Shown here: positions 25,634-39,035 of the stretch, in pieces
Layout: each line of letters opens with the position of its first letter
Position numbering within the stretch: the first letter of the stretch is position 1
DNA from: Camelus dromedarius
Lineage: Eukaryota
Direction of reading: 5' to 3'
Assembly (NCBI RefSeq): GCF_036321535.1
Contig: NC_087437.1
Coordinates: forward strand, 17,300,001 to 17,364,000
Length of the DNA stretch: 64,000 nt
Notes under the pieces: model-generated
Databases searched by the model: none
Seen by the model: only the letters and a program-made list of their open reading frames with translations
What the model was told of the DNA's origin: nothing
Made by a program: the position numbers and the translations under genes

Positions 25634-28600
25634 ATACCTTACCTGACAGAAATGAAAGCAAGATAAAGCCTTTTCCAAACAAAAACTCAGAGGTCATCAC
25701 CACTAGACTCGCCTTGTAAGAAATGATGAAATGTTTCAGTTCTTCAAACTGAAACAAAAGGATGCAAATTAGTAACATGGAAACGTATGAAAATATACAA
25801 CACATCAGAAACTAATACTCTAATATTGTAATATGGAGGTGCGTTAACCACTTAACTCTAGAATAAAGGTAAAAGAATAAAAGTATTAAAAAAATAGCTA
25901 TAGCTACAATAATTTGTTAATGGATATACAATATAAAGAGATGTAAATTGTGACATCAAAAATGTAAGAAAAAAAAAAGACGAGTAGTAAAATGGTTGAG
26001 TTTTTTTTAATGTGACTGAAGTTAAGTTGTTATTAGCTTAAAACAGATTGTTACAGATGTTTCAAGTAAGCCTCAGGGTAGGTACAAAAACCTATAGTAG
26101 GTATAGACAAGAGAAAGACAAAGTACACCACTATGCAAAATCATCAATTCACAAAGGAAGACAGTTAAGAAAGGAAGGAAAAACAAAGGAACTACAAAGC
26201 AGCTAGGAAACAGTGAATAAGATGGGAATAATAAATCTTTAATTATCAATAATTATTTAAGTATAAACAGATATCACTTCACATCAGTTAGAATGGCTAT
26301 TACCAAAAAGAAAAGAGAGAACAAATGCTGGCAAGGATGTGGAGAAAAAGGAACCCTGGTACACTTGATGGGAATGTAAATTGGTGCAGCCACTATGGAA
26401 AACAGTATAGAGGTTCCTCAAAAAATTAAAAACAGAACTATATATGATCCAGTCTTCCCACTTCTGGGTACTTATCAAAAGGAAATGAAATACTATCTTG
26501 AAGAGATATCTGCACTGTTATGTTCATTGCAGCATTATTCACAGTAGCCAAGGCAAGGAAACAACCTTAGTGTCCATCATTGGAGGAATGGATAAAGCAA
26601 ATGTGATTTTATATATCTGTAAAACTGCATGGAATATGATTCAGCCACAAAAAAAAATTCTGCCATTTGCAACAACATGGATGAATCTGGAGGACATCAT
26701 GCTAAGTGAAATAAATGAGACAGAAAAAGAAAAATACTGTATGATCTAAAAACATCAATGTCATAGAAATAGAGAGCAGATTGATGGCTACCAGGGGCTA
26801 GGGGGTGGGGGAAAGGGAAAACTTGGTCAAAGGGTAAAAACTTTCAGTTATGAGATGAGTAAGTTCCAGGGATCTAATGTACAGCATAGTGACTATAGCT
26901 GACAATACTGTATTTATATTTGAAAGTTGCTGTAAGAGTAGATCTTAAATGCCCTCATTATAAGAAGAACAACAAAAAATAATAATTACGTGAGGTGAAG
27001 GATGTGTTAACTAAACTTATTGTGGCAAACATTTCACTATATATATATATATATATATACATATATATGTATGTATGTATATATATCAAGTCATCACATT
27101 GTACACCTTGCACTTACACAATGTTATTTTTCAATTATATCATGATAAAGCTGAAAAAGATAAAAGTAAAAATTTTAAACAATAAACAAAGTTAATATAG
27201 AAAGGCCAAAAACTCAGAGCAACCAATATAATATTGAAGGAGTAGAACAAAGCTAGAGGATTGACTCAGATTCAAGACTGATTATAAAGCCACAGTAATC
27301 AAGATGGTGCAATATTGGCAAAAGAATAGACAAATAGATTAATGGAACAAAACTGAGAGCACAGAAATAGATCCCCATAAATATAACTGATCTTTGACAA
27401 AGGAATAAATATGATAAAATGGAAAAAGATCTTTTCAAAAATAGTGCTGGAACAACTGGATATCCATATAAAAAAACCAATCTAGATACAAATCTTACAT
27501 TCTTTGCAAAAAATGGATCATAGACCTAAATGTAAAATGAAAAACTTGTTATAAAATTCCTAGATGACCTTGGATAAGGTGAGACCTTTTTAGATACAAC
27601 ACCAAAGATACAATCCATAAAAGAAATAATTGATAAACTGGACTACAGTAAAATTGAAAACTTCTGCTCTGCAAAAGACAATGTCAAGAGAATCAGAAGG
27701 CAAGTCATAATATGGGAAAAAATATTTGCAAAAAACTCATCCGATAAAAGACTGTTAATCCAATACATACAAAGAACTCTTAAAATTCGATAATAAGAAA
27801 TCAAACAACCCAATTTAAAAATGGGCCAAAGACCTTAACAGACATCTCATCGAAGACGATAAACAATGTCAAATATGCATATGAAAAAATGCTCTACATC
27901 ATATGTGATCAAAGAAATGCAAATTTAAAATAACAGTAAGATACCACTATACACGTATTAGAATGGCCAAAATCTGGAACACTGACACCACCGAATGCTG
28001 GAGAGGATGTGGGACAACAGGAACTCTCTTACATTGCTGATGGGACTGCAGAATTATACAGACAATTTGGCAATTTCTTACAAAACTAAAGATAGTCTTA
28101 CTATATGACCTAGCAATCACACTCCTTGGTTGGTATTTACCCAAAGGAGTTGAAAGCTTATGTCTGCACAAAGACCTGCGTAGGAATGTTTATAGCAGCT
28201 TTATTCGTAATTACCAAAACTTGGAAGCAATCAACATTTCCCTCAGAAGGTGAATGGATAAATAAATTGTGGTACATCTGGACAATGAATTATTATTCAG
28301 CACTAAAAAGAAATGAGCCATCAAGATATGGAAGAAGCTTAAATGCATATTACTAAGTGAGAGCAGCCAATCTGAAAAGGCTACCAACCATATGACAGTC
28401 TGGAGAAGGCAAAACTATGGAAGTAGTGAAAGATTAGTGGTTGCCAGGAATAAAGGATGGAGGGATGGGTGAATAGGCAGAGCACAAGGGGTTTTCAGGG
28501 CATTTGAACTACTCTGTATGACACTATAATAGTTGATACATATCATCATGCATTTGTCAAAACCTGTAGAACCCTAATATAAACTACAAACTTTGGGTGA

Positions 28601-28784
28601 TAATGATGTGTCAGTATAGGCTTATCAGTTGTAACGAATGAATCGCTCTGGTGTGGGATTTTGATAGTGGGGGAGGCAGGGAGTTACATGGAAAATCTCT
28701 GTACCTTCTGCTCAATTTTGCTGTAAACCTAAACCTGCTCTAAAAAATTGTCTAAAGGTTTAAAAAGTATGGAAATAGTTTATT

Positions 28785-29175
28785 TCAAGTTATGTTCTCT
28801 AGGAAGCAGATCTGAGATGGAGTTTAGTGTGCCGGATATTTATTGGGAAGTGCCCCTGAGATGGACTCCTGCTGAAGGAAGGGAAAAGAAGCAGGAGTTG
28901 CAGAAGGGGAAATCAAACTGTGAAACAAGCCCGACTGTAGCATTGGCAAAGGGAGTTTCAGAGTGAGAATGGCCCTTCAAAGTTGTCCCAAGTTGGGTTG
29001 AGGTGGCTAGGTCTTTATTTGCTGCATCTTTCTTCATTGGATGTGGTCAGCCCTGAAAGATTGACCTTGGGTGAGCCTTATCTCTACAGATGAGACAATC
29101 TCTGAAGGAACTGATGGCCAAGGCTGTCTGCTAATAGCACTCCTAGCTGCTGGGGCAGCAGTCCCACAATGAAGG
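28785..29175 (-). mobile_element. LTR16-type ERVL solo LTR
   Basis: Reverse complement homologous to the LTRs at 11106 and 17020 (GGAAGCAGATCTGAGATGGAG...TTTATT). Confidence 0.75.
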
Positions 29176-30289
29176 GGATCTGAGTGGCATATTATCTTGT
29201 CCATGACATTCACAAAGGAGAAACTCACCAGAGCTGAATGGCCCAGCTGTCCAGATGGAATGAAGTAGGTAATCTTTGACATTGTATTTAAGAAAAGTAA
29301 AAATACAGTTGGCTAATCCTAACTTCAAATTTTAAAAGTTCTATTCTAATTCCTGATGCATTACTAACTAGTCCCACAAAAATACGGCTAATACTTGGAA
29401 GATATGCTTCAGAAATGATATTTTCAAACTTTGGAGTATGGAGAAGCGTGGAAGAAATCACTCTAAGGTAGCCAACTAGCCAGAAGCTTGAAACTTTACG
29501 GTCTCTTCAAGTTTGAATTTTGTAATTAAAAAAAAAATTGGTGTTTTCTTTTGCACTCTTGATTCTGGCACTATCCTTGTTCACTTCCAGAAATTCATCA
29601 GTGCTTACTTCTTCAGTCTTCTTGACAGCAACAAAGGAGCAGTGAAGCATATGTTTCATATTCCTTAATGAGATCGTCTGGCCCTCAGCCTGCTGGCTCC
29701 TTGAAATGCAAGAAATAAAGAGCCAACAGAGGCCGAGAGTGAGTGCAACCCAGCCTGCCTTCACAATGTGTAGCTGCAGCCTCCAGCAAGGGTCTCTCTC
29801 GGCTTGTATGTAGCCAGGAGGCAGAACTGATAGGTCAGCACAGAAGCTGGCCCTCATCCTGTCCCAATTCGGTTTTGAGTGGAACACTCAATCACTCTGA
29901 GTCTCCAGGGAGAAATGACAGAGAGTATAGGACTTGGTGAACTCCAAGTTTGGTGGGAGTCTCAAGGGATATCTTAGATGTGAAAATAGGATACATTGAA
30001 CAATCACCAGGCAGAGTTTCTGTTGGTATTTCTCTTACAACATAAACTTGTAAAAGAAATACTCTTTCCTTGGCAAAAGAATTTTAGTCCCTTCCAAGAG
30101 CTGGGACAGCCTTGTGCCCTGAATATGCCCTCAATTTCGGTCACGAGGCTTGAATTCCAATCCCCAGTCTTTTGCCAACTTAATCTCACTTAATCTCTCC
30201 TCTGAAGTAAGAAACTTAGACTCCATGACCACGAGTCCTCTCCCGGCTGGGTTAAGCTGATGTATGCTGAAGGGAACTGGACACTTTGG

Positions 30290-30510
30290 GGTGGAGGACA
30301 CAGTGGTATGCAGAGGAAAGAACACGAACTAGGATTTAAGAGACCAGAGCCCTGATTCGCTCTTCCATTAGCCAGCTGGTGACCTTGGGCACATTACTCA
30401 AAATCTCTCAATCTCCAGTGGAAAATGGAGATAATGTAATATTTTATAATATTACTTCAAGACTTACTATAAGGATTAAATGAGATAATTTATGTAAATT
30501 ATCTACCAGT
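30290..30510 (+). mobile_element. MIR SINE
   Basis: GTGACCTTGGGCAC...GAAAATGGAGATAAT...AGGATTAAATGAGATAAT core. Confidence 0.75.
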
Positions 30511-30884
30511 GTCTGGGGGCCTTCTTACTTAACTACCTCATGATCTGACTGTGGCAGAAAGAAGATGGTTGGCACTGCTTTGCTGTTAGGCTCCCAAACC
30601 CAGCATCTGCTGTAGGAAACCTCCACCAGCATTGCTAGGGTTGAGCCATGAGCTTGAAGAATGTTGATGTTAGAGGGGGCCCTGAAGAGAATGAAAGTTC
30701 ATGTGTCCAGTGGAGCCTCACGACAACTAGGATACTATGAGGCCTGATGCACAAATCTGAGCCCACCACACAGGTCCCCCTATGACCTGGAAGGAAGGCT
30801 AAGGGAATTTCAGTAAGCATAGAAAGGTTGAAATAGCATTATTTGGCTGGAATATTCCATTACACGAACATACATTGGTGTATG

Positions 30885-31231
30885 TACCAGTGAGCTATAG
30901 TCAGAATAATTCTATGTAGTAAATTATCCCAAATCCATTTATTCTTGCTTGTACATCTGGGAGTTGGCTAATCTAGACTGGATTTGGTTCCAGAACACAA
31001 TTGGGTTCACCTGTGTTTGGCTTCTTGTTAAGAGTAGAGCTCAAAACTCACAGACATAGAAAACAAACTTACGGTTACCAAAGGGGAAAGTAGGGGTGGA
31101 GGGGAGGGGTAAATTAAGAGTTTGGAATTACCAGAAACAAACTACGATATATAAAATAGATAAATGATAAGGTCCTTCTATATAGCACAGTGAGCTACAT
31201 TCAATATCTTGTAATAATTTATAATGAAAAA

Positions 31232-31276
<45 letters not shown>

Positions 31277-31662
31277 TATACATGTATATCTGAATGCTGT
31301 ACACCAGAAACTAACACAACATTGTAAATCAACTAGACTTCAATAAAAAAAAAAAAGAATAGGGCTCCGATAGGCTCCGTAAGTGCTCATTCTGGGGCTC
31401 AGACTGATGCAGCAGTAGCCACCTGGGGACAGTCCTCATGGTGATAGAAGAGATGCAAGAGGGCAAGCCCAACTGCACAAGCAGATTTCAAGCTTTCCCT
31501 TGCAGAATGGCTGATGATAACCTTTTGACCAAAGAGAATAACAAAGCTTTGCAGATAGTAAGGAGAAATTCTGTGTCTACTGGAAGGAACTGTAAAGTCA
31601 CATGGCAAAGGGTGAGCATGCAGGCAAGGGTGAAGAACTGGTGTTAATAAATCAGTCTACCA
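30885..31662 (-). mobile_element. MLT1-type MaLR LTR interrupted by an L1
   Basis: CATTTATTCTTGCT...CTCATTCTGGGGCTCAGACTGA...GTCACATGGCAAAGGGTG. Confidence 0.6.
31043..31354 (+). mobile_element. Cetartiodactyl L1 3' end
   Basis: ACTCACAGACATAGAAAACAAACTTACGGTTACC...CTTCAATAAAAAAA; TSD AAGAGTAGAGCTC / AAGAATAGGGCTC. Confidence 0.88.
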
Positions 31663-32717
31663 TACTGTCTGCACATAATACACATCTGCTTAATGGGCCA
31701 CATAGATATGACAGGCATTTTGTCTTCTATTTGGGACAGGACTGGTCATAGAACAAAGGTCACTTGAGTTAGCTTATGTGAAGGGCCCATAATTGTAAGA
31801 GGTTAATAAATAATGTCTTAAGCATCTGATGGCAGGAAATGAGATGGTGCTGCTGACATGGGACTAAAAATTGAAGTCAGGATGTGAAGCCACCTGTTCA
31901 GTTCTCATGAAGTTGCATGACTCTTGGTTTCTGCTTCTTTTGTATTTGCTTTATTAACCTGTTTCTCTATAAGAACTGGTTTCTTCTTTCTCCCTGAGAT
32001 GCCTCTTTTCCCATTATTTTAGCTTCCTACTGGCTGTGGTGCTGGTTTCACCCTGTGCTGATTTACACTCATACTCCACGGATTTTAATTAAAATGTCCA
32101 CTAGAAACATTCACTGGGCTTCTCATCTTAGATTATCCAGAGAATTTGGTTGCCTTTGGATTGGTTTCCGTAGGTTCTAATTAAGTGTGGCCAGGGAAGG
32201 TGGGAATCACAGGGTGCGCAGGAGCTATGCAAGGGGTCAGAATCTCCAACAGGGGTTGTTGACTTGAAGACAAAAATGAACATGTCCATTTCACAGTCCC
32301 AGGGGGTCTAGGAAAAGGGGGAATATGCCACCCAGAGATATTCCACTAAGCTAAATCCGCAAAGGAATGTATGCAAAACCTTACTGACACAGGCTCAAAA
32401 CATCTTCCTCAGTTTTGGCTCCTATTTTTCTGATGTCCCAACATCCTCTATGAGTGTTTCTTCTTTGGTTCTCTCTTTAAGTATTTGTGCCCCTCGGACT
32501 CAGCTTTTACACTCTGCCCAACTGGACATCACCTGTGGCCAAGGCCATGTGCCTGTTTGTACAGCTGGTTGTGAGGTTCAAATGATGTCATCAGGACTCT
32601 CCCTCTCTTGCTACATTTCTCTACACTTGTTTCCCTTCAGTTGACTCTTCTGGGCTTAAGCAGAAGTTCCAGAAGTAAATTTCACAGTCTAAGATTAGTC
32701 TGGTTGGGACACATACA

Positions 32718-33176
32718 TTAGTAGATGCTTTTGGTGCTCTATCTAGATTCCCTCTATAAGCTGGTGCACACTTCCCTTCTTCACCTCCTGTCGTTTTTCC
32801 AGGTTGTGGCTAGCAGCTTAAACTTGTGACCTTGACTTATGAGAGTTGCCCTTGGCTAATAAGAGCCTCCTAAGCCCAGGTATGCCTGGGAGGTTATACT
32901 GCCTCATCTGTAGACCAGTGACTGATGGCAACCTCCTTGCCTCTGGACGGAAATGACTCTGATGTGCAATTTGTGTTCCAGAGGCAAAATTTCCCTTTCA
33001 TACACAAAATCAGGCCAAATCTGGACTTAATCTGAAGCCAGCTCTCTGCTCACCTTCTTATTCTCTTTCTTGCTTCCCTCACTCCCTTACATGTTTCTCC
33101 TAAGAGCACTCCCTATCTTTCTTATATCTGAATCCTTGCCTCAGGCTCTGCTTCTAGGGAATCCTTATCTAAGACA
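32718..33176 (+). mobile_element. LTR16-type ERVL solo LTR
   Basis: Ends CTCAGGCTCTGCTTCTAGGGAATCC...TAAGACA like the other LTR16 copies. Confidence 0.6.
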
Positions 33177-34344
33177 CATGCACATTTCTGAACCAGTTAC
33201 TGAACGGTGGTTAAGGGGAGAGATGATGGTAAAAAATCATCAAGGTCACATGCCCACCTATACCACGTAAACCTGAATTCCTGAATAGGTTTCATCAAGG
33301 ACCTTGATTTTTTTCACTGCTGCAGCCCCTCTGTCCAGAAAAGCACAGAGAAGGCATCTAACAAATATTACTTAAAAGCATGGACTGAGTATATTTATTA
33401 TTTCCCAAGAAAATTGGAAGGGGCCGTGACAGTTACCAGAAGGAAGGGGATTGAGGGTAGGAATGTGAAATGATAACTATGCACCACAGAGACAAACAAA
33501 CAGAACTAGACTTAAAAACCAAAACCTCTTTTTTGAGCTGCCAAAGGCCAGGTTCCTCCCAATGACCAGATGCACCAAGTATTTGCGACCTTAAGCAATC
33601 CTTTCACTTTAGGATTTAAAAAATATTCTAGGAAATGTGTTTGTTGCTTATTTGCCATCTGGTGAGTAATGGAATTACTTCAAGTAGATAATAAGAATCT
33701 GCTTTTTATTTAATACAGGAATTGCAGAGAGCAGTAACTAAATCCTGGAGACAGGTTTCTTGCTGAGTCATTCACCCTTGCTGAAGACAAGCTTTCACTT
33801 TGCATTGAATTTTAATGTGATGCTTCCTCATGGTCCCTTCCCCCTCTCCCATCGTCAGCTAGTCAGTAATTTCTCTGTGGCACTGCCCTCCCAGAAGTGT
33901 CAGACAAACTCTGCTGAGACACTTTCAGGGAACCCCGTGCCTTTTCACTTCCCAGGACCCATTCACGATCTTTTCCCCAGAGGCCCATGTGTGAAAGACC
34001 TTTTTGCAAAACAAAACATGCGTCTGGAAGAAAAATCCATTTGTTTTCTCTAAATGTATTAATTGTACCAAGCATGCTGATACAATTCCAGCCAAAACTT
34101 AAGCAATTTTAAGTTATTTTATTTTACTTGCCATGAGTAAAAGTGGGATTTCATCAAGCTTTTGAAATAATAAAAATATTGGGAGTCATTGAATAATCTT
34201 ATTTCAGGGAGATGAAAGTTTACAAAGATCATACTGGGTTGGATGGGAGCAGAAATCAAGTCAGGGAGAGCCATTAAAAGGCTATTTTGGTAGTCCAAGA
34301 GAGAGATTTGTTAATTAAAAAAAAAAAATCAAGAATGCACTTTG

Positions 34345-34480
34345 CGGGGGATGGCGTGGGGGTGGATATAGTTCAGTGGTAGAGTGTGTGCTTAGCATGC
34401 ACAAAGTCCTAGGTTCAATCCCCAGTACCTCCATTAAAAATAAAAAAAAAAAACAAGCCCCCCACCCCGACAAACAAAAA
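34345..34480 (+). mobile_element. tRNA-derived SINE (Vic-1-like)
   Basis: A and B boxes; TSD AATGCACTTTG 34334-34344 / 34481-34491. Confidence 0.9.
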
Positions 34481-34763
34481 AATGCACTTTGGAATAAATT
34501 GATCACGTCCAAGTGTCTGGCTTCACTGTACTGAAGGAAAACTTGTACTGTGGAGACTGGAACTAATGAGGTTCTCAGAGCTACTATCTTCAGCATCTCA
34601 TCTGAACAATCTCTGTAGCTATCACCAAGTGACAGGTGTTAGGAGCCTGAATCATGGTGCGTAACCTTCATGGTTAGACCCTCAAACCATGGCAGTCTAT
34701 ATGATTTGGTCCATAAATACAAAACTTATCATTCATATGAATTACCCAACTACTCGCTACTAG

Positions 34764-35316
34764 TGTGATAGGGAAGAACAAATCTGACCCCATATTGAAT
34801 CTGTTCCTTTAGCTCTAACCCTGTGCTCTGTTTCCTGTGCTTAGTCATGCTGGTTTTGTACCTTTTGTAAAGAAATGTTACTTATAGCTTGAAATATATA
34901 GGATAGCCCATTCTTAAGACTCTGACCTTTAAGGGTATAACACCTTTCTATCCATAATGCTTTTCCATCCATCCCATCCGTACAACACTTTTCCAACACT
35001 TTATAGAGATAAAAAGTTGCAGAACAGAAAATAACATTTGTCTTGGAGGCTTACGTTTACATCACTATAGGACCTACATGGACAGCTGCAAGAACAAAGG
35101 ATTCTGACACCAAAAAGTTTGCGGCAACCAACCACACCCCCACCCCTTTTTAGTATAAAAGAAGCCTGAATTCTGACTTGGGTAAGATGGTTCTCTAAGA
35201 CATTAGTCTCCCATCTTCTGGGTCTGCTGCCTTTCCAAATAAAGTCATTATTCCTTGCCCCAATACTTTGTCTCTCATTTTATTGGCCTGTCAGAATGAG
35301 TTTGGACTCAGTAACA
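34764..35316 (+). mobile_element. ERV1 solo LTR
   Basis: TG...CA ends, TATAAAA ~35154, AATAAA ~35238, flanks CTAG / TTAG. Confidence 0.8.
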
Positions 35317-35320
35317 TTAG

Positions 35321-35674
35321 CAGGGCTGAATTATTACTTTCATGGGCCCTGGCGTTTTGAATTTGTAGGCCTCTTCCTTCATAAAAAAATATTAACTTTG
35401 TATTTTACAACTGTGTTAGTATAAAGATAAATATAATTCAGGCTGCATTCACTTTTCTTATTGTATTAAAATATGCATAACATACAATTTAACATTTTAA
35501 CTTTACAGTTCACTGGCATTAAATACACCAGGTTTGTTTCTATATATTCATTATATTTATTTATTTTTAGTCTGATTTTTAAAGAAATTAAAATGAAAAC
35601 ATTTTGTGAACCTTTTAAAGTATCAGGGACCCTCGATGCCGTGTTTGCTGTGCCTAAGGGATAAGTTGATCCTG
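35321..35674. mobile_element. hAT-Tip100 MITE (ORSL-like)
   Basis: CAGGGCTGAATTA...GGATAAGTTGATCCTG terminal inverted repeats; small L1 tail inside. Confidence 0.55.
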
Positions 35675-37580
35675 ACTATGAGATGGCAATAAAGGAGAAG
35701 AAAGGGCAAAAGTGAGATGTACTTGAACTCACTTTATAGTTCAAACACAAAAATGACATTCAAACCTGCCTCTCCTTTCTGCAGGGAGATATTAATCCCG
35801 GGAAGCAGTGTGTCTGAGTGGACAGAACACAGGACTTGGGCAGACTGAGATCAAGCCCTATTTTTGCCCCTCACTAGCCACGTGTCTCAGTCAGCACAGG
35901 TGGGGCTCAGATGGGCCCTGTGAGGAGCCTGGGGGTCGGGGGACCGTGCCAGCAGACGCAGAAATAGCACCAGCTCCAGGCCAAGAGGTCTGGGCAGGGC
36001 TCCAGATGAAGCCTCGGACAGTCCCCCGGAGACCAACGTGGAGAATCCAGGGTTCCGGAGAGGACATAAGCAAACTCGGAAACAGAGACATATAAGCAAA
36101 TGGGAGGCTGAGGGGAGAGAGGCGAATGCCATCAGACCGGCTGAGTGCTGCTTTTCCAGAGCCCGACTGGAGTCTCCTTGTTTGTGCTGCGGAGCCACCT
36201 GTTGCCTGAAACCCAAGATGAATAGCCGTTGCCATGTTACTGCCTGTGTCACCTCCACATTTCCTCATAAATGGGTTCTGTGTTTCCTCTACCGGACATC
36301 TCAGTTACAAGTGGACTGGAACACAGTGAGCTTTTAAAGCAGTTCTACAGGGATTTACTCATGGTAGGTTGAGACAATTCAAGGATAAGTTTAAATCAAA
36401 ATGATACAGAACTGAACGAAGACATTCAAGTATCATGTTCTAGATTGTTTTCCTGAACCACCTCTAACAGTATACACTGCAATTTTCTCTCCTTATCACT
36501 GAACACTATCATCCTTACCAACTAAATATCTCTGGGAACTCTACTCTCTATCCCAAGAGCTTTGGTTCAAGCAGCCTGGTCTGCTCGCAGCTCCCCACTG
36601 GCTCTGACATTCTCCTTGCAGCTGTCAGGGTGAAGGTTCTAAACAGAAATCATAGCATCTTATTTTCCACCTTAAAATCTCTGGGGGCCTCTCATGGACT
36701 CAGGGTAAAAGCTAAGTTTCTTTAGTAGGTGCTGGAATCCTGCTGGTGCCTGGTCCTGTCTTCCTCTCCAGCCTCATCTGATGTCCATACTCTCCAGTCA
36801 CATAAAATTACTTTCAGATCCCCAGGAAGTCTCTTAAGTTGTCTATCTCTCACCTTTTGCTCTTTCTATTTATTTCTGCCTGGAATACATTTTTCTTTGT
36901 TGTCAAACTCCTCCTGGTAAACTCCTGTCCATCTTTTAAGACCCAGATCAATGATGCGTCCTCTGGTCTACCCAGCAAGGGATTAGGATGAGGGGTGATG
37001 ACTAGGTGTCAGTTCCTTGGAGGCTGAGCACCAAAAAGGAGTGAGGCCCTGGCTATGAGTGGGGAACAAAGAAATAGACCAGCAACTGCAAGCTGGCAAC
37101 TTCCCCAGTCTCCATTCTGTCTCCAGAACTGTTTTCTTTGTCAGGCATAAATTTTAATGTTTTTGAATTTGAGCATTTGTTCTTTAGTTCTCTATTTATG
37201 TTACATTCTTGGCCCCTGAAGGCCTCTGGGTAAATGAATGAAGGGGCTGTGGATGGAGAGCTTGAGAGGATGCAAAAGGGAGAGGTTCCTTTTTCATCTA
37301 CAAGCAGTTGGCCACACGGCGTGGACTGAGAGTCAGGAACCCTCACTCTACCTGATCCCACCCTGTGGGAGGGGCTAGACATAAGTGATCTGTAGAAGCC
37401 ATCCCCACCCTTTACCTCTTCTCCCTGCTCTCTACTCTCTAAGAGTGGGAACATACCATGAAAGCCAAGGTAAAGATCTATCTCTGTGTGGTCCTGGACT
37501 CCCCGTGTGGGCTTGTCTAACTAACAGCAAGGCCAAGAGGCAGCAGAGGGTAGAGAACTTGGACTCTAAAGTCAGACCAA

Positions 37581-37719
37581 GGGGTGAGGGTGTAGCTCAA
37601 TGGTAGAGTGCATTCCTGGCATGCACGAGGTCCTGAGTTCAATCCCCAGTACCTCTATTAAAAAACAGATAAATAAATAAACCTAATGACCTCCCCCCAA
37701 ACAAAAAAATAAATAAAAA
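37581..37719 (+). mobile_element. tRNA-derived SINE (Vic-1-like)
   Basis: A and B boxes; TSD TAAAGTCAGACCAA / TAAAGTCATACCAA. Confidence 0.9.
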
Positions 37720-38602
37720 TAAAGTCATACCAAAATTATCTCCCCCCAAACAAACAAACAAACAGAAGTAAAAACAAAGTCAAAGTAGGTTCAAATCTCA
37801 GTGCCTCATCTATAGAGACAGAAAGTAGATTAGTGGCTGCTTAGGGCTGTGGGGCTTTGAGCAGGTTGTTTTCCGTCTATACCTTGATCTTCTCACTGGT
37901 AAAATGGGGATGGTAATAATCTCTACCTATGAAGTTCTTGTGTGGATTAGATGAATTAGCTATGTGAGGCTCTTAGCACAATGTCAGAGTTTTTACACAG
38001 GAAGGGCTATGTAAGTGTGTGGCATTCTTGGTTTTTGGACAGTACTCTACCTCCAGTCCACAAGAAGGAGTGTAGAACTGGGACTGGCTGGTACACGTGG
38101 CCCTAGTTCTAGAGTTCCTTGTTAGTTTGACAGGAGGCTAGTTTGCTAAATTAAGCTGATGCTACCGACAGAGCCCCCTCAAGCAGGTCTGCTCCTTGCT
38201 GCCTAGACTTGAAGAGTCAGGGATGAGTGCTCACAGGCTGGCCATCTGTGCACACAAGCCTTGCCACCATCAAGTTCTGTTCCTCTCATTTTTCTGTCAT
38301 CTCTGTGTCATAAAGTAAGGCTGGTTACTTAACAGAGAGAGAGAGAGAAAGGGAGAGAGAAGGCAATTTGATTAGCATCCTGCTGGTAGAATCCTGTATC
38401 TTTTTCTGTATCCAGATAGTTTAGAACCAAGGCAGATGTTGGCAGAGAGCTTCCTGGGGAGCTCGGCTACACTCATGCTGCTTCTCCCTCCCCGCCAAGG
38501 CTTGACCCCTTCTGTCTTTTGTACATTTTGGTCAGCACAGGGCATGCTAGCATATCAAATTTCTTTAGTTCCAAAAAGCTATAGATTATAAGACATCTTT
38601 TA

Positions 38603-38712
38603 TTTTAATTTGTTTATTTACATTTGTTTATTAATGGAGGTACTGAGGATTGAACCCTGGACCTTGTGCATGCTAAGCACGCACTCTACCACTGAGCTGT
38701 ACCCAGCCCCCA
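38603..38712 (-). mobile_element. tRNA-derived SINE (Vic-1-like)
   Basis: Perfect TSD ATTATAAGACATCTTTTA 38585-38602 / 38713-38730. Confidence 0.92.
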
Positions 38713-39021
38713 ATTATAAGACATCTTTTAATCTATTAACTTGGTAATAGATATGTGGGTCAGGGGAACCCATAATGCTAAATGAACTCATACATTGACC
38801 CATCTTATTTCAGAAGCTTTAAAATGTAAAAAGAAAAAGAAAGCATCTTTTTAATATAATGATTTTTAAAAATACTCTGTCTTTCCAGTAGACTTGTGAA
38901 CTTGGTGGGGTCAGGGACAGTGCATTTTTGTCCCTCTCCCCACTCCCTCCTCCCCTCAGGCCATGCCTGTTGATGCCCTGAATGAATGTTTCATTTGGAA
39001 AAATTTCCAGAGGCTCCCTTA

Positions 39022-39035
39022 GTTACCATGGTAAC
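39022..39035. promoter_or_regulatory. Perfect RFX X-box palindrome
   Basis: GTTACCATGGTAAC matches the consensus GTTRCCATGGYAAC. Confidence 0.55.

Larger units (their letters stand above)
23122..27187 (+). mobile_element. L1MA-type LINE-1 with 5'UTR, ORF1 and most of ORF2 missing
   Basis: GC-richer 5'UTR starting CAAAATGGC; ORF1-like 24.6-25.8 kb; ORF2 start at 26222 fused to the ORF2 end at ~26270; L1MA8-10-like 3'UTR; decayed TSD AAATTTTATATGG / AAAGTTAATATAG. Confidence 0.8.
22390..28760 (+). mobile_element. L1MC-type LINE-1 (22390-23121 and 27188-28760) interrupted by a younger L1
   Basis: ORF2 sequence is colinear across the insertion; ORF 28126-28356 is the ORF2 C-terminus; L1MC-type 3'UTR. 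Confidence 0.88.

Noticed and set aside
33652..33666. Second CTCF-like motif TTGCCATCTGGTGAG
   Set aside because: Only a partial match with no supporting context
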